Made by a program: the position numbers and the translations under genes | Part shown: positions 55,217-64,000 of the stretch, piece by piece | Numbering within the stretch: the first letter of the stretch is position 1 | Layout: each line of letters starts with the position of its first letter | Notes under the pieces: generated by a model | Told to the model about the DNA's origin: nothing | The model's input: only the letters and a program-made list of their open reading frames with translations | Database searches by the model: none | NCBI GenBank assembly: GCA_016188355.1 | Contig: JACPHY010000016.1 | Span: forward strand, 2,345-66,344 | From: Candidatus Uhrbacteria bacterium | GTDB taxonomy: Bacteria; Patescibacteriota; Patescibacteriia; JACPHY01 | Reading direction: 5' to 3' | Length of the DNA: 64,000 nucleotides

Positions 55217-55393
55217 CGAGACCTCTGCGAAAATCCAGATTCGCGCCAGGAACGCGCTGTTCGGCTGCGCTGCGTTCCTCGACCACTCACGAGATCCGCT
55301 GGATATCGCTCGGGTCTGCGTCGCGCAGCTCGCTCGAACATCACGTCCCTGGCGCGAAAGCGATTTTTGTAGAGGTCTCTAACGTTGTTTTCC
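55217..55393 (+). ncRNA. Structured element B: 19-bp imperfect outer stem, nested 9-bp stem and inner hairpins, U-rich tail ending 8 nt before the eno start
   Basis: gagacctctgcgaaaatc (55217-55234) pairs with gatttttgtagaggtctct (55362-55380). Inner cgcgccagg/cctggcgcg and aggaacgc/gcgttcct. Same architecture as element A. Confidence 0.4.
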
Positions 55394-55400
55394 CGCGTCT

Positions 55401-56711
55401 ATGTCGTCCATTGCGTCCGTGCGTGCATGGGAAATTCTGGATTCTCGCGGTAATCCGACCGTTCGTGCAGAAGTGCGCACGGATTCCGGACATGTAGGTG
55501 TGGCGGCGGTGCCTTCCGGCGCGTCGACCGGCGTGCATGAGGCACTCGAATTGCGTGATGGCGATGCAAAGCGGTACGGCGGAAAGGGGGTGCGGAAGGC
55601 CGTGGCCAATGTGAATGGTCCCATCGCGCGAGCGGTGGTTGGCCATGCGGTCCATGCGCAGGGGGAACTGGATCAGATCATGCGCGAATTGGACGGGACA
55701 CCCAATAAATCAACGCTGGGCGCAAACGCCGTGCTCGCGGTGTCCCTCGCCGCCGCTCGGGCTGCGGCGCTTGCTGCCGGACTCCCGTTGTATCGGTATC
55801 TCCGGGGGGTAGCGCAAATTGCGTCCGATGAGTTTCGGCTTCCCGTGCCCATGATGAATATCCTGAATGGCGGGCGACATGCGGATTCCGGACTTTCGAT
55901 CCAGGAATTCATGGTAATTCCGAAGCATCGAAAATTTTCCGAACGATTGCGCATGGGGACCGAGGTGTTCCACGTGCTCCACGACATTCTCCGGAAGCGT
56001 GATTTTGCGACGACCGTCGGCGATGAGGGAGGATTTGCACCTCGGTTGGGCGATAACGAGCGCGCGCTGCGCGTGATCCTGGAGGCAATTCGAAAAGCGG
56101 GCTATACGCCGGGGCGTGACATCGCGCTCGGGCTCGATGTTGCCGCGTCGGAATTCTACACTACTCCCGAAGCGGATGCATCGTCGTCGAACGGCAGCGG
56201 AAAAGGAACGCGTGGGGGACGGTACTTTTTTAAGGATGCGGCTACGCCGTGGACCCCGGTGCAGATGATGGCGTGCATGGAGCGTTGGGCGAGGAAGTAT
56301 CCACTCATTTCGATTGAGGATCCGCTCGCAGAGGATGATTGGGATCATTGGACGCAACTCACCTCACGCATCGGGAAGCGGGTGCAGTTGGTCGGCGATG
56401 ATCTTTTCGTGACCAATGTCGAGCGCCTCGAACGGGGTATCGCGGAGCACGTAGGAAATGCGATCTTGATCAAGGTCAATCAGATTGGTTCGCTCTCGGA
56501 GACGCTCGCCGCGATTACGCGCGCCCGCGCAGCGAAGTATCGGGTCATTATCTCGCATCGTTCCGGAGAGACCGCGGATACGTTCATTGCGGATCTCGCC
56601 GTCGCGGTCAATGCAGAGTACATCAAGACGGGGTCACTTTCGCGGAGTGAACGCGTGGAGAAATACAATCGACTACTCGAAATTGAATCCGAGGTTCGTG
56701 CGGATCGATAG
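55401..56711 (+). CDS. eno: Enolase
   Basis: [21 protein letters not shown] canonical enolase N-terminus, full length 436 aa. Confidence 0.95.
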   Translation: MSSIASVRAWEILDSRGNPTVRAEVRTDSGHVGVAAVPSGASTGVHEALELRDGDAKRYGGKGVRKAVANVNGPIARAVVGHAVHAQGELDQIMRELDGTPNKSTLGANAVLAVSLAAARAAALAAGLPLYRYLRGVAQIASDEFRLPVPMMNILNGGRHADSGLSIQEFMVIPKHRKFSERLRMGTEVFHVLHDILRKRDFATTVGDEGGFAPRLGDNERALRVILEAIRKAGYTPGRDIALGLDVAASEFYTTPEADASSSNGSGKGTRGGRYFFKDAATPWTPVQMMACMERWARKYPLISIEDPLAEDDWDHWTQLTSRIGKRVQLVGDDLFVTNVERLERGIAEHVGNAILIKVNQIGSLSETLAAITRARAAKYRVIISHRSGETADTFIADLAVAVNAEYIKTGSLSRSERVEKYNRLLEIESEVRADR

Positions 56712-56717
56712 GACGAT

Positions 56718-58298
56718 ATGGCGACGCGGCGTCCGAAACCGGTGGTCGTCTGTGTGCTCGATGGGTATGGAGTGGCGCCCGAGAGCACGGGCAACGCGAT
56801 TGCGCACGCGGAGCGTCCGGTGTTCGATCGTTTGATTCGGGCGTACCCCGCCATGACGCTCCACGCATCAGGACTGGAGGTGGGATTGGCGCGGGGAGAA
56901 ATGGGAAATTCGGAGGTCGGGCACCTGAACATCGGCGCGGGCCGCGTGTTCTATCAAAGTCGGCCGCGAATCGACAAGGAGATCCAGCAGGGGTCGTTCC
57001 ATGAGAATCCGGTGTTTCGGAATGCGGTGGCCCATATCCAGAAGCACGGATCAAAGCTCCATATTATGGGGCTCCTCTCTCCTGGTGGCGTGCATAGTCA
57101 TCAGGAGCACTGTTTCGCGTTGTTGGAATTTGCGCAGCGCGCACAAGTGGCGCCGGTGTATCTTCACCTGTTCCTCGATGGACGGGACGCAATTTACAAT
57201 AGCGGCATTGGATTTGTGCGGGAGTTGCTGCGCGTCGCGCAGGAGCGCGGGCGGGGGACCATTGCGACGCTCGCGGGACGCTATTACGCCATGGATCGAG
57301 ACAACCGGTGGGATCGAGTAGAAAAGGCGTACCGCGCGATGGTGGAAGGAGTGGGGATGATGGCGGATGACCCCCTGCATGCCATTGCGGCGAGCTACGA
57401 AATGAAGATGTACGACGAGGAGTTCCTGCCTACGGTATGCACGGCGAGCGGGAAGCCGGTGGCGACCATTGGCGATGGAGACGCGGTGCTCTTCTTCAAC
57501 TTTCGTGCGGACCGCGCGCGACAAATCGCGCAGGCATTCGTGAGCCCGAAGTTTGCGGGCTTCGATCGAAGGAAGCTTCAGAATTTGTTCTTCGGCGCGA
57601 TGATGGAATATGAGCAGGGACTGCCGATGGAGGTGGCCTATCCATCAGAATCCATCCCCACGTGCCTCGCGAAAGTTTGGAGCGAGAAAAAGTTGCAGCA
57701 GCTCCACATTGCCGAGACGGAGAAATACGCACACGTCACCTTCTTCTTCAATGCCATGCGTGAGGAGCCGTATCCTGGTGAGGAGCGCATCCTCATTCCG
57801 TCGCCCAAGGTGGCCACCTATGACCTCCAACCGGAGATGTCCGCACGTATCCTGACGGACCGCGTGATCGCGGAGATCGAGAGCGGGAAATACGATGGTG
57901 TGATCATGAATTACGCGAATCCGGACATGGTGGGGCACACCGGAAAACTGGAAGCCACGATCGAAGCGATTCGTGTGGTCGACGCATGCATCGGGAAATT
58001 GGAGGCAGCGGTCACTGCGGCGGGGGGAATACTGGCAATCACGGCGGACCATGGCAATGCAGAGGAGGTACTCAATTTACAGACAGGAGAAATCGATAAA
58101 GAGCATGCGACGAACCCGGTGCCATTCATTGTCTGTGGGAAATCTCTTGCGGGGCAGGTGAACGAAGAGTTGCGCGATGTGGATTGGAACCTGCACCTGT
58201 TGCCTCCGGTGGGGATGTTGGCCGACGTGGCGCCGACGGTGTTGCAGCTCATGGGAATTCGGCAGCCCGAAGCAATGACCGGTCGAACATTATTATAG
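56718..58298 (+). CDS. gpmI: 2,3-bisphosphoglycerate-independent phosphoglycerate mutase
   Basis: VLDGYG, NSEVGHLNIGAGR and ADHGN motifs; 526 aa. Confidence 0.9.
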   Translation: MATRRPKPVVVCVLDGYGVAPESTGNAIAHAERPVFDRLIRAYPAMTLHASGLEVGLARGEMGNSEVGHLNIGAGRVFYQSRPRIDKEIQQGSFHENPVFRNAVAHIQKHGSKLHIMGLLSPGGVHSHQEHCFALLEFAQRAQVAPVYLHLFLDGRDAIYNSGIGFVRELLRVAQERGRGTIATLAGRYYAMDRDNRWDRVEKAYRAMVEGVGMMADDPLHAIAASYEMKMYDEEFLPTVCTASGKPVATIGDGDAVLFFNFRADRARQIAQAFVSPKFAGFDRRKLQNLFFGAMMEYEQGLPMEVAYPSESIPTCLAKVWSEKKLQQLHIAETEKYAHVTFFFNAMREEPYPGEERILIPSPKVATYDLQPEMSARILTDRVIAEIESGKYDGVIMNYANPDMVGHTGKLEATIEAIRVVDACIGKLEAAVTAAGGILAITADHGNAEEVLNLQTGEIDKEHATNPVPFIVCGKSLAGQVNEELRDVDWNLHLLPPVGMLADVAPTVLQLMGIRQPEAMTGRTLL

Positions 58299-58582
58299 GT
58301 ATGGTGCATTTTTTGAAACGTTGGTTGCGGGGATCGCGCGCGGCGTCTGCTCCCGCGCGCGCGCAGCATTCCGGTATCGATCAGGAGCACCTCCAGCTGC
58401 GGCGCGCGATCGAACGCTGCGATAGCTTAAAATTTGCGGTGATCGCAAAGCAGATGTCGATTTTGGATGTCGTGGAGAAACTCCAGAGCAATAATTTCAC
58501 TGCCCCGATTATTCGACAGGCAATTGCGGAGAGTTTCGGAGAGGCTGCAGCAAAGAAGTACTGCGGCGCGGCACAGGCTTGA
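58293..58582 (+). CDS. Possible small hypothetical protein overlapping the gpmI stop
   Basis: 96-aa frame from an internal ATG; no RBS and no family; weak. Confidence 0.25.
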
Positions 58583-58644
58583 CGGAGCGACGATTCCTTG
58601 ATACGGTGCGGGTGCTCTGGAGTCTTCGGAGCGGGAGGTTCTGC

Positions 58645-58941
58645 ATGCGTCACTGGATTGCATATCTTCGACGAACGGATTGGCGGCGGACGCTGCCGGA
58701 AGTGCTCCCCGCGCTGCGGGTGATGACGGCGACCGTGTTCCGTGGTCGGAATGCCGTGGTCGTCGTGGCGACGCTGCTTTTCGCGGGGCTGCTGACGTTG
58801 CTCGGATTCTCGACCCATTGGGCGGTTGGTGTGCTTGCGCTGTGGGCCTGGGCTGCTGCATTTGCCATGGCGTACCTCATGGAGCGCGCACGTGCGGTAC
58901 ACGCGCGCCGATTGGTCCCGGTTGCGGTACGACGCGGGTAG
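58645..58941 (+). CDS. Small two-TM hypothetical membrane protein
   Basis: GGGAGG RBS before MRHWIAYL. Confidence 0.45.
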   Translation: MRHWIAYLRRTDWRRTLPEVLPALRVMTATVFRGRNAVVVVATLLFAGLLTLLGFSTHWAVGVLALWAWAAAFAMAYLMERARAVHARRLVPVAVRRG

Positions 58942-58975
58942 ATCGGTGCCCCGAAAAACCATCCACCGTGGGGAT

Positions 58976-59203
58976 GTGGGAACCATCAAGCATCGAAAGC
59001 TCGTGGTGCAATTGCGGCGAGAAGATGAGGCTGCCATCGCAGCGGTGCGACGGCGATTTGGGATTTCGAGTGACACCGCCGCACTGCGATCAGGGCTTCA
59101 GCTGCTCCGGGTTCTGGGTGAATACCACGAAGGGGACGGTCCGGTGCTTTCGGTGACGGTCATGCACTGCGGTAAACCGAAAACGTTTGACTACGCGACA
59201 TAA
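58976..59203 (+). CDS. Possible ribbon-helix-helix (CopG/Arc-like) DNA-binding protein, GTG start
   Basis: KLVVQLRREDEAAIAAVRRRFGISSDTAALRSGLQLL fits beta-strand plus two helices of RHH proteins. No SD and no partner toxin gene. Confidence 0.3.
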   Translation: MGTIKHRKLVVQLRREDEAAIAAVRRRFGISSDTAALRSGLQLLRVLGEYHEGDGPVLSVTVMHCGKPKTFDYAT

Positions 59204-59267
59204 TGCACATCGCCTCGGGCTGCGGTCAGCGGCTCGAGGTTTTCTGTTACGCTGCTAATGATCATGT

Positions 59268-60488
59268 ATGTGCCCCGTCATTATCCTCCATTATCACGAA
59301 ATCGCCTTGAAAGGCCGCAACCGCGATCAGTTTGAACGACAACTCGTCGCGAATGTGCGACGAGGAATTGGCGGCGGGGAGGCGGTGGAGGTACGACGCA
59401 TGTCGGGACGCATTGCGGTGCGATGGATGGAGGATGTATCGGTTGCCCGGCTTCGGGATATGGCGGCGAAACTGCGACGGGTATTTGGTATTGCAAACCT
59501 GCGTTTGGGATATGAGGTCCGTTCGGACCGGGAGGGGCTCGCAGAAGAGACCGTACGCGTCGTCCGCATGCATCTCGCTGCGTATCCAGTGGACTCGCAG
59601 CCGAAAACGTTTGCGGTGCGAGCGAAACGATCTACCAAGATGTATCCGGAGCATTCTACGGAGATCGAACGACGCATTGGAGCTGCGGTGCAGGTGGCAA
59701 CCGGCCTGCGGGTGCATCTCGATGCGCCGGATTGTTTGGTGTCTCTTGAAATAGTGGAGCGCACTGCATTTGTCTTATTGGAGAAGATTCCAGGAGTAGG
59801 AGGGTTGCCGGTGGGTTCGTCGGATCGGGTACTCACCCTGCTTTCCAGTGGATTCGATTCTCCGGTTGCCGCATGGAAGCTCCTGCGGCGTGGTTGTGTG
59901 GTCGATAGCATTCATTTCCATAGCTACCCTTATACATCGGATGCGTCCATACGGAATGTGGAGGACATCGTGCAGCGCCTCGTCGAGTGGGGTGGATCCG
60001 GTGTACTGCATGCGGTGCCGCTTGCGGAGTTTCAGAAATCGGTCCTCATGAGCGCGCCCACAGAGCTTCGTGTGGTGCTCTATCGACGCATGATGGTGCG
60101 CGTCGCAGAGGCAGTGGCACGGCAAACACGTGCATGGGCGCTGGTCACCGGGGAGAGTGTGGGGCAGGTGGCATCGCAGACGTTGCCGAATATTGCTGCC
60201 GTAGACACGGTGGCGACCATGCCGATTTTACGCCCCCTCATTGGAGAGGACAAGCAAGATATTATTGATCGTGCATCGGTGATTGGGACTGCGGAAATTT
60301 CTGCGCGGCCATACGATGACTGCTGCTCGCTTTTCACCCCGGAGCACCCCACCACGCACGCCCGCATCCAGGAGTGCGAAGATGCCGAGCGAGCGCTGCG
60401 CGTGACTGATTGGATTCCGCGACTGCTCGCGCAGACGACCAGTCGTTGCTTTGTGGGGGGTGGAATTTGGAAGAATGTGATACGCTGA
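59268..60488 (+). CDS. thiI: tRNA 4-thiouridine synthase ThiI (THUMP plus PP-loop)
   Basis: HYHEIALKGRNR start and PP-loop LLSSGFDSPVAAW. Confidence 0.85.
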   Translation: MCPVIILHYHEIALKGRNRDQFERQLVANVRRGIGGGEAVEVRRMSGRIAVRWMEDVSVARLRDMAAKLRRVFGIANLRLGYEVRSDREGLAEETVRVVRMHLAAYPVDSQPKTFAVRAKRSTKMYPEHSTEIERRIGAAVQVATGLRVHLDAPDCLVSLEIVERTAFVLLEKIPGVGGLPVGSSDRVLTLLSSGFDSPVAAWKLLRRGCVVDSIHFHSYPYTSDASIRNVEDIVQRLVEWGGSGVLHAVPLAEFQKSVLMSAPTELRVVLYRRMMVRVAEAVARQTRAWALVTGESVGQVASQTLPNIAAVDTVATMPILRPLIGEDKQDIIDRASVIGTAEISARPYDDCCSLFTPEHPTTHARIQECEDAERALRVTDWIPRLLAQTTSRCFVGGGIWKNVIR

Positions 60489-60494
60489 ACGCCT

Positions 60495-61466
60495 ATGATG
60501 GATGCCGCAATTCGTGCGTTTCCGAATCAATTTTTGTATCAGCCGCAGGTCGGAAACGAAGATCGGCTGGATCGTCGCTCGGGAGTGATTGTGGCCGGTA
60601 TGGGCGGATCGGCGCTCGCACCGGAACTGTTACGTTTGCGACGACCGGAACTCGATTTATTGGCACACCGTAATTATGGTCTTCCGCACATGGTTTCCGG
60701 GCGGGAATCGCAGTACTGGTGTATTGCCTCCTCCTATTCCGGGAATACCGAAGAGACTCTGGATGCCCTGCAGCGCGCGGAGGAAATGCAGATGCCGATC
60801 GCGGTGATCGCAGTAGGTGGCGTGCTCCTCGATCGTGCGATCGCAGAGCATATTCCCTATGTGCAGTTACCCGACACCGGCATTCAGCCGCGCTCAGCAC
60901 TCGGGTTGAGCACCATTGCGCTGGTGACCTTGCTGGGAGACCGAGTGGTGTGCGATGAGCTCCATCAGCTTCCGACGCAGCTCCGTGTGGAGCAGGCAGA
61001 AGCAGACGGACGCGCACTGGCGATGCGCCTTCGCGGCAAGATCCCGATCATCATCTCTTCGCAGGACAATGCTCCGGTGGGGTATAACTGGAAAATCAAG
61101 TGCAATGAGACCGGGAAAATACCGGCATTTGCGAGCGTCCTTCCGGAGTTGAATCACAACGAGATGACGGGTTTTGATGCGATGACGGCGACCCGTGGAT
61201 TGGTGGAGTCGTTTGTCGCGGTCTTTCTCCAAGATGTGACAGATCACCCGCGCGTGCGTCGCCGCATGGAGGTGTGTGCGGATTTATATGCGGAGCGGGG
61301 GATGGGAGTGGAGCGGGTCGAGATGCAGGGCGCATCGCTGTGGCAGCGCGTCTTCCAGTCATTGCTGCTGGCGGATTGGACTGCCTTCGCGATTGCGGAA
61401 GCGAATGGCGCAGAGGCTGAACAGGTTCCGATGGTCGAGGACTTCAAGCGGCGGATTCGTGATTGA
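60495..61466 (+). CDS. pgi: Bifunctional phosphoglucose/phosphomannose isomerase (SIS-domain, archaeal type)
   Basis: VIVAGMGGSALAPEL SIS motif and about 320 aa, characteristic of the PGI/PMI family. Confidence 0.75.
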   Translation: MMDAAIRAFPNQFLYQPQVGNEDRLDRRSGVIVAGMGGSALAPELLRLRRPELDLLAHRNYGLPHMVSGRESQYWCIASSYSGNTEETLDALQRAEEMQMPIAVIAVGGVLLDRAIAEHIPYVQLPDTGIQPRSALGLSTIALVTLLGDRVVCDELHQLPTQLRVEQAEADGRALAMRLRGKIPIIISSQDNAPVGYNWKIKCNETGKIPAFASVLPELNHNEMTGFDAMTATRGLVESFVAVFLQDVTDHPRVRRRMEVCADLYAERGMGVERVEMQGASLWQRVFQSLLLADWTAFAIAEANGAEAEQVPMVEDFKRRIRD

Positions 61467-61475
61467 ATACAATCT

Positions 61476-62027
61476 GTGTTCATTCAAGAACTTCGCGCGT
61501 TCGATCGACAGCTGACCCTTGCGATACATGGTCTTGCGGGTCACTGGGCGATATTGGACGGTATTGGTTGGATATTGGCGGTGCTCCTGATCTGGGTTCT
61601 GATCGGCGGGGTTGCGTACTGCGTGCACCGGCAGTCTCCGGAGCAGCGCAGGCGATTGCTTGGGGAGATTGGCGCGACATTGGTGATTGCATGGAGCTGT
61701 AATCAGGTGATTGGCGTGTTGGCATTCCGGGAGCGACCATTCGTCCGGGGAAGTACGCAGCAGCGCATTACGATGGATGCTCGATTGAAGTCATTTCCAT
61801 CCGACCACGCGGCGCTCGCCATGGCGCTCGTGCTGCCGATTTTGCCGTACGTGCGTCGGCGCTCCCTGCGTGCAATGCTCGTGGTTGCGGCAATGGGGGT
61901 GGCAGTGGGACGAGTATATGTGGGAGTACACTACGTGACTGATATTTTGGCGGGTATGGTGGTGGCGATGGGGAGTTGGGGGAGCGTGCGATGGCTCCAA
62001 ACACATTTGCGTCGATGGGATGGATGA
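61476..62027 (+). CDS. PAP2-family phosphatase (undecaprenyl-diphosphate / phosphatidate phosphatase-like)
   Basis: PSDH and GRVYVGVHYVTD motifs of PAP2; several TM helices. Confidence 0.7.
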   Translation: MFIQELRAFDRQLTLAIHGLAGHWAILDGIGWILAVLLIWVLIGGVAYCVHRQSPEQRRRLLGEIGATLVIAWSCNQVIGVLAFRERPFVRGSTQQRITMDARLKSFPSDHAALAMALVLPILPYVRRRSLRAMLVVAAMGVAVGRVYVGVHYVTDILAGMVVAMGSWGSVRWLQTHLRRWDG

Positions 62028-62039
62028 GAAGAGATTGGA

Positions 62040-62074
62040 AAAGCGCCCCGCTCCATTTCGGAGCGGGGCGCTTT
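62040..62074. terminator. Bidirectional terminator between PAP2 gene and convergent lipoprotein gene (15-bp stem aaagcgccccgctcc/ggagcggggcgcttt)
   Basis: Perfect 15-bp stem with atttc loop; A/T tracts on both sides. Confidence 0.55.
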
Positions 62075-62077
62075 GGT

Positions 62078-62926
62078 TCACGGACTCGGCGCGTATCGGA
62101 CGTATTCGCCGCCGACTTCCCCTACGAGGCGTTTCAGGTTGGCCTCACAGAGATAGTCGCTGCCTTCCGGCAGGCAGGTTGCGATGACCTTCGGGAGGCC
62201 CATGCTCGAGAGGAGCCCGGGCCATTCCCAGTCATCGCCCGGTTCATCGGTCACGAGGACGATGAGGTCCGGGTTCGATTTCGCGGCCTCCTTCAGGGCG
62301 CCGTACGTGTTTTCGAGATTCCCGCCGGTCGATCGGAAGTCCACGAACCCTTCAGGGTCGAGGTGCTGGACTTGGCCATCGCCATACATCCAGATACCGG
62401 TAATCTGTCGTCCGTACTTCCGGAGCGCGGCACTGTAGTAGAGTGCCACGATGCGTTGGTCATTCGCCATGGATCCGGTCGCGTCTACGACGATCGCAAC
62501 CTTCTCACCCTTCGTACGATCAATGACGTCGGCGATGACTGCCGGTGCCTTGCCGATCGGAATGATGAGTTTCCAGCCGGGGAGCAGCGTGTTTGCGTAT
62601 GGCCGCTTGTACCGGTCATTGCAGAACGTGCCCCGGCGTCTGGGGTTGTTCCGGTACCGTGACGACTTTCCGTTGCACACGTTCTCGTACTCGCCCTGGA
62701 GGAACTCCATGTTGGCGAGGAACACGTCCTCCCAGCCCACGTTCGTGTACTGGGGGGCGATGCTGCGGAGGAATTCTCCCTTTCGTACCGTGTGTGTCGC
62801 CTGGATCGGAATGTGGATATCCCGAGGAGCTTCCTCCTCGCTGCACGCGAAGTAGCCCACTGCGAGCAGTACGATCGCGAAGCAGCATCCCGCGATCGCG
62901 AGATTTCGTCGGTTCATGTGGCTCAC
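62078..62926 (-). CDS. Lipoprotein with LysM-like segment and vWA domain
   Basis: Lipobox-like LAVGYFACS. HTVRKGEFLRSIAPQY LysM-like; MIDAS DATGSM and LVTDEPGDD. Confidence 0.65.
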   Translation of the reverse strand: MSHMNRRNLAIAGCCFAIVLLAVGYFACSEEEAPRDIHIPIQATHTVRKGEFLRSIAPQYTNVGWEDVFLANMEFLQGEYENVCNGKSSRYRNNPRRRGTFCNDRYKRPYANTLLPGWKLIIPIGKAPAVIADVIDRTKGEKVAIVVDATGSMANDQRIVALYYSAALRKYGRQITGIWMYGDGQVQHLDPEGFVDFRSTGGNLENTYGALKEAAKSNPDLIVLVTDEPGDDWEWPGLLSSMGLPKVIATCLPEGSDYLCEANLKRLVGEVGGEYVRYAPSP

Positions 62927-63047
62927 CTCCCATCCATGTATTTCGAAAGAGTCTGCGCGCAGATTATCACGAAATCACCCGAAAGTCAATAAGGAAATCA
63001 AAAGAACGTGTTACTCGGGTAACACGTTGCAGCGTCCTTCCGTTTGT

Positions 63048-63605
63048 TTACGCGTGGTGGAGTCCCGAGGGGAGCGCATGCCAGAGGCGGAGGTTCGGGG
63101 CTTGTCGTTCGCCGAACATTTGGACAACGACGATAGTAGGGATGCCTGCGAAGTCCCCTGAGGCGATGCCGATCCCTGTATCGGTGTATTGCGTGTTCCA
63201 GAGGTTGCGTCGGTGGTCCGGGCTTTGATCCCATGCGCGCATTAATGGGTCTTCTGCTGTAAAGGCGATTGCGAGATTTTCGGCAACGCGGGAAAACGGA
63301 TACCGTGCATCCTGTGCGGCCGTGGCAAAGCTCGTGCCATTCGGGCGTTCATGGGCAAAGTGTTGTCGGGTAAGGATTTCCTCTGCGCGCTGCTGGGCGG
63401 CAGCGGTGAGAGCGGTGTCCATGTGGAGCGGGGGAGCGCCTGCAGTCGATCGAATACGATTGGTGTCCACTAGGACTGTGTCCGCCCGAATGCCTGCAGA
63501 AACAACAAACCGCGGCATCGCGAGGAGTGCGAGCGCGGCAATGACGGCGAACAGGTGATAGGTGACGGAACGCTCCTGCGAAACGGAGCACGAAGTGACG
63601 GACAT
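63048..63605 (-). CDS. CAP/SCP/PR-1 domain secreted protein (YkwD-like)
   Basis: HFAHERPNG, ENLA and SPDHRRNLW motifs of CAP domains after a signal-like N-terminus; start uncertain. Confidence 0.6.
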   Translation of the reverse strand: MSVTSCSVSQERSVTYHLFAVIAALALLAMPRFVVSAGIRADTVLVDTNRIRSTAGAPPLHMDTALTAAAQQRAEEILTRQHFAHERPNGTSFATAAQDARYPFSRVAENLAIAFTAEDPLMRAWDQSPDHRRNLWNTQYTDTGIGIASGDFAGIPTIVVVQMFGERQAPNLRLWHALPSGLHHA

Positions 63606-63815
63606 GCGTTTTTGGGTATTGGTATTGAGATGGAGAACACGTGGGAGCGGGATTTGTGCTCCCACGTGTTCATTGTTGTCCGGCTGGCGTGGTGGCCCGC
63701 TGAAATTCTTGGGGCGCGATACGCTCAGGTCCGGTATCCACAGGAAGGTGCGATTGCTACATTACTCAGTATAGCACGTCAACGGCCGCGCGTCGATGAT
63801 TTTGCAGATTTTCTA

Positions 63816-64000
63816 TGCGCTACGCAGTAATTCTGGCGGGCGGGTCCGGTAAACGTCTCTGGCCGCTTTCTCGGCAATGCGCGCCGAAGCAGGTATGTGC
63901 GCTCCTGGATGCGGAAACACTCCTCCAAAAGACGTACCAGCGCGTGCGGCGTGCATTTCCGGTTCCGGCGGTTTGGGTGGCCACGACCGCTGCGCATGCG
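63816..64000 (+). CDS. Mannose-1-phosphate guanylyltransferase-like nucleotidyltransferase, N-terminal fragment (continues past window end)
   Basis: MRYAVILAGGSGKRLWPLSRQCAPKQ matches the G-rich NTP-transferase loop; edge-truncated, so absent from the ORF track. Confidence 0.6.

Overview
This 64-kb window is high-GC (about 63-65%) and dense with genes on both strands; it looks like a chromosomal segment from a small-genome bacterium. The short EF-Ts, the bifunctional PGI/PMI, DUF3048 and the large Gly/Pro low-complexity surface protein would fit a CPR/Patescibacteria-like lineage. That placement is inference from gene content only.

Housekeeping content. From the window start there is a partial dCTP-deaminase-like gene, then rplA, a small membrane ORF, rplK, nusG and secE on the minus strand. 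Further along are gyrB, an ABC transporter whose NMT1/SsuA-like binding protein is fused to an OmpA-like C-terminal domain, an NfeD/flotillin pair and a SEDS-family (RodA/FtsW) peptidoglycan polymerase gene. Then come L25, DUF3048, prfA-prmC, L31, rpsB-tsf, and a glycolysis block (gap, an NDH-2, pgk, eno, gpmI) ending with thiI, pgi/pmi and PAP2. NAD salvage genes are scattered through the window: an NrtR-like Nudix protein, a nicotinamidase-like protein, nadK, pncB and nadE.

The most unusual part is a same-strand block at roughly 25.8-33.4 kb. It runs: strong promoter, then an SPFH protein translationally coupled to a divergent NAD-kinase-fold protein, then a PP2C phosphatase coupled to a Ser/Thr-kinase-like protein with a Zn ribbon, then an enlarged nicotinamidase-like hydrolase and a small TerY-like vWA protein. 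Two 99-bp tandem repeats sit in the 3' region, and a second larger vWA protein converges on it. Downstream (35.3-41.3 kb) a TPM-domain / coiled-coil / Ser-rich-repeat membrane protein precedes a PspA/IM30 homolog, followed by two tandem paralogous unknown proteins, each with its own promoter and terminator.

Two architecturally similar, roughly 175-nt, multi-stem elements ending in U-tracts lie immediately upstream of the L25 and enolase genes. A small repeat family shows compensatory stem changes between copies. Several sigma70-like promoters share a TTGACA-N17-TACGGT pattern.

No rRNA, tRNA, CRISPR array, transposase or integrase was recognised. Coordinates of promoters, terminators and repeats were derived by hand and may be off by 1-2 nt. 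Product calls rest on recalled family motifs, not database searches.
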